Origin: Candidatus Nanopelagicaceae bacterium
GTDB lineage: Bacteria > Actinomycetota > Actinomycetes > Nanopelagicales > Nanopelagicaceae
Length of the DNA stretch: 64,000 nucleotides
Reading direction: 5' to 3'
Assembly: GCA_018883365.1 (NCBI GenBank)
Contig: VEQF01000001.1
Span: 27,883-91,882, forward strand
In this document: piece by piece, positions 19,831 to 27,086 of the stretch
How the letters are laid out: every line of letters starts with the position of its first letter
Numbering within the stretch: the first letter of the stretch is position 1
Notes under the pieces: generated by a model
What the model was told of the DNA's origin: nothing
Database searches by the model: none
The model's input: only the letters and a program-made list of their open reading frames with translations
Made by a program: the position numbers and the translations under genes

Positions 19831-20904
19831 CTACCAGTTAGGACACTTCGAATGCTTAAAGTTGTCTGGGGCTCTCAAAGCCGTAATTGCTTCCTCAAGA
19901 GTTGAGACCGGGATTACTTTTAAGCCCTTTGGTATGTTTTTCATGTCCGGACAGTTCTCTCTTGGCGCCAAGAAAATGGTCGCACCGATACGGGAGGCGC
20001 CAATCATTTTTTCTTCAATGCCGCCAATTCCACCCACCCGGCCAGATGCCGTAATTGTTCCAGTGCCGGCAACATTTCGCCCGCGAAGCAAATCTTCGGC
20101 GGTTAACTTCTCAATGATTCCAACCGCAAAAATCATTCCTGCGCTTGGTCCTCCAACTCCAGAGAGATTGAAATCAATATCTATTGGGAAACGGGCGGTG
20201 GTGCCGACAAGAATGCCAATGGCTGGTTTTGCTTCACCTGTTGATTCAGTTAGCTCTTGATTCTCCACTAATTTAACTTGAAAGTTTTTTCTTTCAATTT
20301 CACCCGACTTATTCTCCCGGTCAACTGAAATTGATAAAAGGTCACCGACCTTTTTATTGCTATAGGAAGTGCGAATCTCATCGATATCCTCAATCTTTTT
20401 CCCATCGATCTCCATGATGAAATCGCCCTCTTGTAGCTTGCCATTTGCATCAGAGTACTCGCGTATATCGCTGATGAAATAAAGTTCTTGGAACTCATAT
20501 CCGAGATAACGAAGCGCAGCGGCTGTGGCTGTTGCTTGCGAAGTTTTCATTTCGCTGCGGTTATCGCGGTTGATTACCTTGGCGGGTTGCACCGGCGGAT
20601 ATACAGAGTCTCGCGGCAAGACAACATGAGGACCCATTGCCCAATTAACAATAGTTTCTGCACCAAATACTGGTGAATCAGGATTGGTAACCAGAATCGA
20701 AGTTATAAAAAGTTTTCCATTTACCGGATAAGTCTTAACATCATTGACTTGGATAATTCTGCCGCTGACGTTGTCTGGGACTCCAGGTTTGAAAAATACA
20801 AATGGAATTGGAGCCAACAAGGTCGCTAATGTTAAAAGGTAGAAAAAGAACTTGGCGGGAAAAGGCCAGCGATAGCGCAGCGGGGAGATTGATTTCACTG
20901 CCAA
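19831..20904 (-). CDS. PDZ domain-containing Lon-like (S16) serine protease, YlbL/Rv3194c-like
   Basis: N-terminal TM helix, a PDZ segment (GDFIMEIDGKKI), and a C-terminal Lon proteolytic motif (GGPSAGMIFAVGI ... GTGTI). Confidence 0.8.
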   Translation of the reverse strand: MAVKSISPLRYRWPFPAKFFFYLLTLATLLAPIPFVFFKPGVPDNVSGRIIQVNDVKTYPVNGKLFITSILVTNPDSPVFGAETIVNWAMGPHVVLPRDSVYPPVQPAKVINRDNRSEMKTSQATATAAALRYLGYEFQELYFISDIREYSDANGKLQEGDFIMEIDGKKIEDIDEIRTSYSNKKVGDLLSISVDRENKSGEIERKNFQVKLVENQELTESTGEAKPAIGILVGTTARFPIDIDFNLSGVGGPSAGMIFAVGIIEKLTAEDLLRGRNVAGTGTITASGRVGGIGGIEEKMIGASRIGATIFLAPRENCPDMKNIPKGLKVIPVSTLEEAITALRAPDNFKHSKCPNW

Positions 20905-20910
20905 ATATCC

Positions 20911-21117
20911 TTACTCAGGTTTCTTAAATGAATCTTGGAATTTCTTGAACTTTCCAACGGAACGTTCAGTTTGGTTTTCGTACTTATCTTGAAATCGGGT
21001 GACCCATAATGCATATAGCAGCGCGCCTACAAGGGCGGTCGAAGGAATGATCCACCAAAACAATGCGGACAGCGCGGGCGTGTCAGCAGCTTGAATTGAT
21101 GCGGCAATCATGGGCAC
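20911..21117 (-). CDS. Small hypothetical membrane protein
   Basis: 68-aa ORF with one clear TM helix (LFWWIIPSTALVGALLYALWV) and a basic tail. It lies 6 nt upstream of the protease gene. Confidence 0.4.
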   Translation of the reverse strand: MPMIAASIQAADTPALSALFWWIIPSTALVGALLYALWVTRFQDKYENQTERSVGKFKKFQDSFKKPE

Positions 21118-21214
21118 AGCCTAGGCTAGGAAATAAATCCGCGCGTCTGATTGTTCTCGAGAATACCGTCACAGTTGTTTGACCTTAAGGTTTCAAAATT
21201 TATGGGAGGTTTTC

Positions 21215-22525
21215 ATGCCAGGGTTCGGCTTCGGCCCCGATTCATCAGATCCAAATGAACCTGATAAAAACAACCCTTTTGGTGAAATCTTCCAACAGTT
21301 CGCCGGAATGGGTTTGAATCTTCCCGGCTTAATGGCAGCGCTCTCGGGTCAATCATCCCCCAGCGCATTATCCAAACAAATGATTCGTGACATCTCGCGA
21401 AAGTTCCTATCCGCTCATGGCGAATCTCCAGTAACAGTTCAAGATTTGGTTGCCATGAAGGAAGCTTTTGATATTGCAGATCTCTGGATTAATGAGGCTA
21501 CTACCTTTCCAAATCTGGTAATCCCTGATACCTGTGCGCTAAGTCGTCGAGATTGGATCGATTCCACCCTTGCAGGATGGGAAGAGTTAACAACTCCATT
21601 GGTTGATGGAATGTCTCAGGCGATGTCACAAATGTTGCAGGAAACTTTGGGACAGGAAACTGAGAACTCTGGATTTGAAATTCCAGGAATGAGCGGAATG
21701 AAAATTCCACAATCAAGCATTGCGGCCATCATGGGAACTTTTATGAGTTCAATGTTGAGCACCCAGCTTGGCCAAACAATTGGCAATCTCTCAACTACAG
21801 TGACCGGAGCCAATGATGTTGCGCTTCCTTTAACCTCACCAATCCGCCCCCAATTGATTCCACAAAATGTCGTGCAATGGGGCAAAGATCTTGAGATTCC
21901 CGAGGCAGAGATCCGCATCTACCTTGCACTTCGCGAGATTGCAGCCGCGCGACTTTTTGCTGCAACGCCATGGCTTCGTGAATACGTTAGAGATTCCATT
22001 GCACGTTATGGAAAAGGAATTCGCGTAGATATAAATGCAATTACTCAGCAAGCCGAAGATGCGATGAACTCTGGTGCGCTTGATCCATCAAATCCAGAAT
22101 CAATGACCATCGCGCTATCTGGAGGAATGTTTACACCCGAGGAGACCCCCGCACAGCGAGCAGCGGTCGAAAGATTGGAAACGGTGTTGGCATTGATTGA
22201 AGGTTGGATTGATGCGGTTGTAACCGGGGCGGCAGGAGATCGACTTCCTTCAATTATCAAGCTTCGTGAAACTCAACAAAGAAGAAGAGCAACCAACTCC
22301 CCGACCCAACAATTGTTTGCCACATTAGTTGGTTTAGAGGTTTCACCTCGTCGCACTCGAGAGGCGATTGCATTCTGGGAAAAAATTGCGAGTTTGAAAG
22401 ATATTCAAAGCCGAGATCAGATTTGGGAAGATGCAGTTTTGTTACCAACTGCAAACCAACTCACAGATGCTGAGGGTTTTCTGAAAAGTCGCACGATTCC
22501 TGATGATTTATCAGGTCTGATTTAG
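21215..22525 (+). CDS. DUF2342-type zinc-dependent metalloprotease (Rv3195-like)
   Basis: GGGAGG lies 5 nt upstream of the ATG at 21215. The Gly/Pro-rich N-terminus, size and synteny after the PDZ protease match the Rv3195 family. The family call is from synteny and overall pattern. Confidence 0.7.
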   Translation: MPGFGFGPDSSDPNEPDKNNPFGEIFQQFAGMGLNLPGLMAALSGQSSPSALSKQMIRDISRKFLSAHGESPVTVQDLVAMKEAFDIADLWINEATTFPNLVIPDTCALSRRDWIDSTLAGWEELTTPLVDGMSQAMSQMLQETLGQETENSGFEIPGMSGMKIPQSSIAAIMGTFMSSMLSTQLGQTIGNLSTTVTGANDVALPLTSPIRPQLIPQNVVQWGKDLEIPEAEIRIYLALREIAAARLFAATPWLREYVRDSIARYGKGIRVDINAITQQAEDAMNSGALDPSNPESMTIALSGGMFTPEETPAQRAAVERLETVLALIEGWIDAVVTGAAGDRLPSIIKLRETQQRRRATNSPTQQLFATLVGLEVSPRRTREAIAFWEKIASLKDIQSRDQIWEDAVLLPTANQLTDAEGFLKSRTIPDDLSGLI

Positions 22526-22548
22526 CTCAACTTAAGAAACTTTAAAAG

Positions 22549-22627
22549 CGAAGACCCCGGGCGCACAATTCTTTATCTGCCTTCCCCTTGCAGATAATGA
22601 ACGGTTATCCGGGGTCTTCGTGTGCGC
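22549..22627 (+). other. Nested GC-rich RNA hairpin with C-rich apical loop (unclassified structured element or U-tract-less terminator)
   Basis: The outer 12-bp perfect stem is CGAAGACCCCGG (22549-60) / CCGGGGTCTTCG (22609-20). The inner 8-bp stem is TTATCTGC (22573-80) / GCAGATAA (22590-97), with loop CTTCCCCTT. In addition, GCGCACA (22561-67) is complementary to TGTGCGC (22621-27). Confidence 0.5.
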
Positions 22628-22747
22628 AAAGTACGACACTTGCATGCATTTAATCAACTTCCAATTTAGAGTTTCTTACAGTTTGAGAGCGGGATGCGCA
22701 GTACAGTTAAGTAGCTGTTCACCAGCTTTAAAACCTAGGCGAGAGGT

Positions 22748-23359
22748 TTGGGTGTGGAAAACTTCATTCAGGAAGAGTTCTTCGACGCTAATCTCGACCA
22801 AATGCGAGCCAAAGCCACCAAACCCAGTTCTGAGTTGAAGATTCCGGGCACTGAGTTGTCTGGTGGTGCTGAAATTCGGGTCATTCGTAGTTCACGACGC
22901 AAAAAAAGCATCGGTGCATACCGTGAACAGGGTGCGATTGTGATTTCCGTCCCTGCTCGGCTCTCCAACAGCAAAGTTAGCGCGGTAATTCCGGAGCTGG
23001 TTGAGAAAATTCTGACTAAAGAGGCCAAAGAAAGACTTACCGACTCCCAACTCCATGAAAGATCGCTCTATCTTCTTGGAAAGTACCTTCCTGAATTCCT
23101 AATCACGCCTGCAAGTGTTACTTGGCGGAGCATGAATGAGCGTTGGGGCTCCTGCACCACAGTTGATCGAACCATTCGCATCTCCGATCGACTCAACGGT
23201 GCCCCTGAGTATGTAGTCGACTACCTTTTAGTTCATGAACTGATCCATCTGATGATTCCCGACCATGGGGTCGAGTTTGAACGGCTACTAGCCAGATTTG
23301 AGTCCAGCGATAGGGCCAGCGCCTATCTAGAGGGGTATGAGGCTGGATCCAGCGGCTGA
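22748..23359 (+). CDS. M48/YgjP-like (DUF45) zinc metallopeptidase
   Basis: C-terminal HELIHLMIPDHG (HExxH followed by the H/F pattern of the YgjP/SprT-like family), about 200 aa. Start is TTG 22748 or GTG 22754. Confidence 0.75.
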   Translation: MGVENFIQEEFFDANLDQMRAKATKPSSELKIPGTELSGGAEIRVIRSSRRKKSIGAYREQGAIVISVPARLSNSKVSAVIPELVEKILTKEAKERLTDSQLHERSLYLLGKYLPEFLITPASVTWRSMNERWGSCTTVDRTIRISDRLNGAPEYVVDYLLVHELIHLMIPDHGVEFERLLARFESSDRASAYLEGYEAGSSG

Positions 23360-23503
23360 TTGAGCTTGCTAGCCCGTTTTGAGCTGAGATTGCGTGGAAA
23401 AAGATGGGGTTTTGAGCGTGGGCTAAGCGTGTCTACGCGTATTACGGGGGTATCGTGAGCCTATTCGCAGACACTCCAAGGGCTGCGAGGATCGGAGGAA
23501 GTT

Positions 23504-23662
23504 ATGGCAGAGACATATAAAGGTGAGGCTTACTGCGTTAAGTGCAAAGAGAAGCGTCAGTTCGAAGGAACTGTAAAGGTCTCCGACTCTGGTCGTCGTA
23601 TGGCACAGGGCATCTGCCCCACATGCGGCACTAAGGTCAACCGCATTTTGGGTAAAGCCTAA
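23504..23662 (+). CDS. 52-aa Cys4 zinc-ribbon protein (DUF5679-like), absent from the ORF track
   Basis: GGAGGA lies 5 nt upstream of the ATG. Translation: MAETYKGEAYCVKCKEKRQFEGTVKVSDSGRRMAQGICPTCGTKVNRILGKA, with two CxxC knuckles. A strong terminator follows. Confidence 0.7.
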   Translation: MAETYKGEAYCVKCKEKRQFEGTVKVSDSGRRMAQGICPTCGTKVNRILGKA

Positions 23663-23680
23663 ATCACCAGGATTAAAGAG

Positions 23681-23716
23681 AGCGCTCGTGCGATTTGCAC
23701 GGGCGCTTTTTTATTT
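23681..23716 (+). terminator. Rho-independent terminator after the zinc-ribbon gene
   Basis: AGCGCTCGTGC-gattt-GCACGGGCGCT is an 11-bp stem with one G-U pair, followed by TTTTTTATTTT. Confidence 0.75.
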
Positions 23717-23831
23717 TGTTAAGTTCACTCAAGGTGCTCATTAAGTTACCGAGACCACATTCTTTAATGGTTGATTAACAAGTTGAGTCTTGCCGCGGCG
23801 AGGAAAGGTTCGCTGTGAAACATCATCCGGC

Positions 23832-24938
23832 ATGGCGATCCGAGCTGCTCTCAAAAAATCTGTCCGCGTTTATCAACTCCCAAAATCTTCAACACTCACC
23901 GTCGGTACTGCAACTCACTTTGCGCAACTTCCCGCCCAATGGGCAGGGGTTGCTACCGCTCACATCCTCGAGCTACTAGATGGCCGGCGCTGCGAATCAC
24001 AGATTTCCGTAATTAGCGGAGTCGCACCTGAGCAAATTGTGGCCTTGCTAAAAGAGCTGCAACGTCACGATTTAATCGATTTACACCGCACCCCAATTTC
24101 GTATCTTGAGCGGTACAACCCCGCCTCCGGCACTGTCGAGAAGTTGATCGATACTGAAAAGTTCCCGAGTGATTACGCAATCCAAACTTTTTTGAATCGA
24201 ATAGAGGTGGAATGCGATGCCGCCACTTTCAACTCTGGGGATATCGATGGTGGCAGGACTGCGGTCTTGGCGCGAAGAGAGTTTTCAATTCTGATCTTTG
24301 GCAGAGGTCGCATTGTTAATGCCCTAGTGGGAATGTTGAGCGCAACTGGATTTTCCCAATTCAATGTCATTAATCGCTTACGTTCTAGACATCCCGCGTT
24401 GAAAATTAGTGAAACCGATATGGCTGGTGGATTCATAACTATGAGACACATTGGACAATCGAGAAGAAAAACAATTGAAGAGATAAAGAATGCCGCAGCC
24501 TTATTTGATGAATCAGCCCTACCAATCGCTAAGCCGAATTTAATTATCTGTATTGGGGCTCCTGCACCCGATGCGTTGCAGAGATGGATTTCGGAAGGAA
24601 CGCCACACTTACTTATTGAGAGTTATTCCAGCGCTGAAGTTCGCGTAGGGCCATTAGTTATTCCGGGCAAAACCCCTTGCTATCGCTGCTTGCAGCTTGC
24701 TGAAATCAATGCCTTCCCAGCACTTGCTAATTCCGATACAAAAGCAGAGTTCCAAGAGGTTGGAATTGCATTGGTTTTTGCAGCTGCCAGCTCAATAGTT
24801 GCCGACATCACTCAAATCTCAGCGACTGGCAAAAGTGTGTTTCTTGCGACATCAATTACCTACTCAATGCGAAGTTTTCATCGACCGCAGCGCACAAATT
24901 GGAGCTCACATCCAGGATGTGGTTGTAGCTGGAGTTGA
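23832..24938 (+). CDS. RRE (PqqD-like winged helix) + E1/ThiF-like domain protein ('TOMM leader-peptide-binding / Ocin_ThiF_like' type), apparently non-catalytic
   Basis: The N-terminus fits the RRE pattern (ATAHILELLDGRRCESQISVISGVAPEQIVALLKELQRHDLIDL). A Rossmann-like segment follows, with a degenerate glycine motif (ILIFGRGRIVNALVG rather than GxGxxG). GPLVIPGKTPCYRCL and a C-terminal HPGCGC supply the Cys pairs. An alternative TTG start is at 23790. Confidence 0.6.
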   Translation: MAIRAALKKSVRVYQLPKSSTLTVGTATHFAQLPAQWAGVATAHILELLDGRRCESQISVISGVAPEQIVALLKELQRHDLIDLHRTPISYLERYNPASGTVEKLIDTEKFPSDYAIQTFLNRIEVECDAATFNSGDIDGGRTAVLARREFSILIFGRGRIVNALVGMLSATGFSQFNVINRLRSRHPALKISETDMAGGFITMRHIGQSRRKTIEEIKNAAALFDESALPIAKPNLIICIGAPAPDALQRWISEGTPHLLIESYSSAEVRVGPLVIPGKTPCYRCLQLAEINAFPALANSDTKAEFQEVGIALVFAAASSIVADITQISATGKSVFLATSITYSMRSFHRPQRTNWSSHPGCGCSWS

Positions 24939-24980
24939 TTTCAACTCGCGGGAAAACTCACCCTAAAAGAGAATGCTCCC

Positions 24981-26318
24981 GTGACCGACCAAATCCCCAA
25001 GACCACGAGCAAGCGCAGCGCCAAGCTGGCGAGCATCCCGCTATCAGTTGCGGGCCGTGGTGCAATCGGATTCGGCAAGCAACTTATTGGCCAATCCCCT
25101 GACTTTGCATTTGGTGATCTGCAGGAAAAAACCGCCGAACAGGTTTTTAAAGTTCTTGGCGAACTTAAAGGCGGCGCGATGAAGTTCGGTCAAGCGCTCT
25201 CAGTTTTTGAAGCTGCACTTCCAGAAGACATTGCCAAGCCTTATCGTGAAACCCTGGTCAAGTTACAAGAGTCGGCGCCACCACTTCCGGCACGTGTAGT
25301 TCATAAAGTACTTGCTAAAGAGTTGGGTGAAGATTGGCGCGATAATTTCTCCGAGTTCAATGACACTCCAGCGGCATCTGCATCAATCGGTCAGGTTCAC
25401 AAAGCAGTTTGGAAAGATGGCAGAGCGGTTGCAGTAAAAGTTCAATATCCCGGAGCCGCTGAGGCTTTAATCTCAGATCTAAATCAAATTCAACGTTTCG
25501 CAAAAATCTTTCAATTGGTTTTGCCGGGCTTGGAAATGAAACCTCTTTTAGAGGAGCTGCGGGCCAGAATTATCGAAGAGGTTGATTATCGATATGAAGC
25601 AGAGGCGCAGACCGCTTGCTGGAACGCCTTCGAAAATGATCCTGACATTGCAATACCCAAAGTGGTTCAAGCAACTGATCGAGTGTTGGTGAGTGAGTGG
25701 CTAGAAGGAACTCCGCTAGCTAAGGTGATTGAAAAAGGTAGCCAAGAAGAGAGAAACAACGCGGGAATTCGTTTGGCACGTTTCCACTTCACCGCACCTA
25801 CTCGCGCAGGTTTGTTGCACGCAGATCCTCATCCCGGAAATTTCCGCGTATTAGCTGATGGGCGTTTAGGTGTTCTCGATTTTGGTGCCTGCAATCGTCT
25901 GCCAAATGGTTTTCCAGAACCATTCAAACGTTTGCTGCGTAACGCGTTAGAGGGCGATGCAATTGCTTTGTACAACGGTTTTAAGGAAGATGGATTTATC
26001 TTGGCCGATGTCGATGTAGATCCCCAGCTGGTTTTAGATTATCTACTTCCGCTTGTCGAGCCACTTCGCACTGAACACTTTGCCTACACCAGAGAATGGT
26101 TACGTGAGCAGAGCGTTCGAGTTGGGGATCCACGCAATCCCACCGCAAAAATCGGCTTCCAACTCAATCTCCCACCAGAGTACGTTTTGATTCACCGAGT
26201 AACTCTTGGCACCACAGGCATCTTCTGTCAGCTGCGCGCAGCTGGAAACTTCCGTGATGAAGCGCTTTCCTGGTTCCCGGAAATCACTCCATCACATCTG
26301 CAAGATTCTTTGGCCTAA
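24981..26318 (+). CDS. ABC1/UbiB-family atypical protein kinase (Rv3197-like)
   Basis: GAMKFGQALS, AAASIGQVHKA and HADPHPGNF motifs, 445 aa. It sits in the Rv3197 position next to whiB7. Confidence 0.88.
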   Translation: MTDQIPKTTSKRSAKLASIPLSVAGRGAIGFGKQLIGQSPDFAFGDLQEKTAEQVFKVLGELKGGAMKFGQALSVFEAALPEDIAKPYRETLVKLQESAPPLPARVVHKVLAKELGEDWRDNFSEFNDTPAASASIGQVHKAVWKDGRAVAVKVQYPGAAEALISDLNQIQRFAKIFQLVLPGLEMKPLLEELRARIIEEVDYRYEAEAQTACWNAFENDPDIAIPKVVQATDRVLVSEWLEGTPLAKVIEKGSQEERNNAGIRLARFHFTAPTRAGLLHADPHPGNFRVLADGRLGVLDFGACNRLPNGFPEPFKRLLRNALEGDAIALYNGFKEDGFILADVDVDPQLVLDYLLPLVEPLRTEHFAYTREWLREQSVRVGDPRNPTAKIGFQLNLPPEYVLIHRVTLGTTGIFCQLRAAGNFRDEALSWFPEITPSHLQDSLA

Positions 26319-26389
26319 GAATTTTTGTCGGTACGCAAATCGAATTTGCTGCACAAATTCAACATTTGCTTTACCCCGACAAAAACCGC

Positions 26390-26740
26390 TTATGCCGTTG
26401 CGACTAAGTTTTGATTTAGCCGGGGACGTCCAGGAAGACGCTTCACTGCGATAACAACACCCTCTTCAAAAAGCTCTCCGCCCCATACACCGGCTGGCTC
26501 TTGTCGAGATAGTGCACCTTCCAGGCATTGCTTCTTAACCGGACAAGCGGCACAAAGTGATTTGGCGTAAGCGATCTCCTCACTCTTATCCGAGAAAAAA
26601 ATCTCTGGATCAGAGTTGTGGCATGGCAAGGTAAACGCATTGTCATCACCGTAGATGCCGGTTACTGCGTTAAGGCCGATCATGGCGTTTTCGCCCTCTG
26701 CCCAGCCTGGTACCAATAGCTCGCTGAAGAGAACTGTCAT
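26390..26740 (-). CDS. whiB7: WhiB-family Fe-S transcription factor with C-terminal AT-hook, WhiB7/WblC type
   Basis: LPCH...C-x2-C-x5-C (LCAACPVKKQC), a GVWGG turn, and a C-terminal KRLPGRPR AT-hook. The synteny ABC1-whiB7-uvrD2-nudC equals Rv3197-Rv3199c. The start is placed at the ATG at 26740; alternatives are 26749 and 26683. Confidence 0.88.
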   Translation of the reverse strand: MTVLFSELLVPGWAEGENAMIGLNAVTGIYGDDNAFTLPCHNSDPEIFFSDKSEEIAYAKSLCAACPVKKQCLEGALSRQEPAGVWGGELFEEGVVIAVKRLPGRPRLNQNLVATA

Positions 26741-26835
26741 CGTTCTCACCTTTGCCTTTCATCCTGCTTGTTTGTTGTTAGTTATCTCTTGTTTGTTTTT
26801 ATCTCTGGTTTTTATTTCTTGTTTTCATTACGCAG

Positions 26836-26877
26836 ATAAAGAAAAAGGGGCCCGAATCCTTGTGGATTCGAGGCCCC
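26836..26877 (-). terminator. Intrinsic terminator (attenuator) inside the whiB7 5' leader
   Basis: The minus strand reads GGGGCCUCGAAUCC-ACAA-GGAUUCGGGCCCC followed by UUUUUCUUUAU. That is 13 bp with one bulged U. It lies about 95 nt upstream of the whiB7 start and 20 nt downstream of the uORF stop. Confidence 0.65.
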
Positions 26878-26896
26878 TGGGCTTCTTTATCGATTG

Positions 26897-27034
26897 TTAT
26901 CCGATAGAGCTCCAGGTGCCGAATCCTTCGGCCTTGGCTGACTTGGTTGCAAAATAGTTGTAACCAAATGCAGGCATGAACCAATGGCGATGTGTTGTAT
27001 TCATCGCTGTTGAAATGGTTCGTGCTGTTGTCAT
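26897..27034 (-). CDS. Candidate 45-codon leader peptide (uORF) of the whiB7 attenuator
   Basis: ATG at 27034, TAA at 26899-26897. Translation: MTTARTISTAMNTTHRHWFMPAFGYNYFATKSAKAEGFGTWSSIG. It is on the same strand as whiB7. There is no SD, and the predicted -10 is 9 nt upstream, so the ORF may be leaderless. Confidence 0.5.
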   Translation of the reverse strand: MTTARTISTAMNTTHRHWFMPAFGYNYFATKSAKAEGFGTWSSIG

Positions 27035-27043
27035 AGTTGTGGA

Positions 27044-27086
27044 AGGGTAATGCATCTATTACAAAGCTGGCAACTGAGTTATTTAT
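27044..27086 (-). promoter_or_regulatory. Putative whiB7 promoter with upstream AT-rich (AT-hook) site
   Basis: The minus strand has ATAAATAA (27086-79), then 5 nt, then TTGCCA (27073-68), then 18 nt, then TACCCT (27049-44; fits TANNNT). The arrangement resembles described WhiB7-dependent promoters. Confidence 0.35.

Noticed and set aside
21118-21214. A second SigH/SigR-type promoter (GGAAA-N19-GTT) upstream of the DUF2342 protease gene.
   Set aside because: It has a mismatch in the -35 pentamer and 19-nt rather than 18-nt spacing, which makes it too weak to call by eye.
22549-22627. Identification of the nested hairpin as the actinobacterial 6C sRNA.
   Set aside because: 6C has two hairpins, each with a longer C-run loop. 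This element has only one C-rich loop (CUUCCCCUU), and the genomic context differs. I kept it as an unclassified structure instead.
26319-26389. A long-range inverted repeat, TTTTTGTCGG...CCGACAAAAA, between the ABC1 kinase and whiB7, considered as a bidirectional terminator.
   Set aside because: The 10-bp stem encloses a loop of about 45 nt and is AT-rich at its base. It is plausible but too weak to annotate. Only an inner GCAAAT-cga-ATTTGC mini-hairpin is clean.
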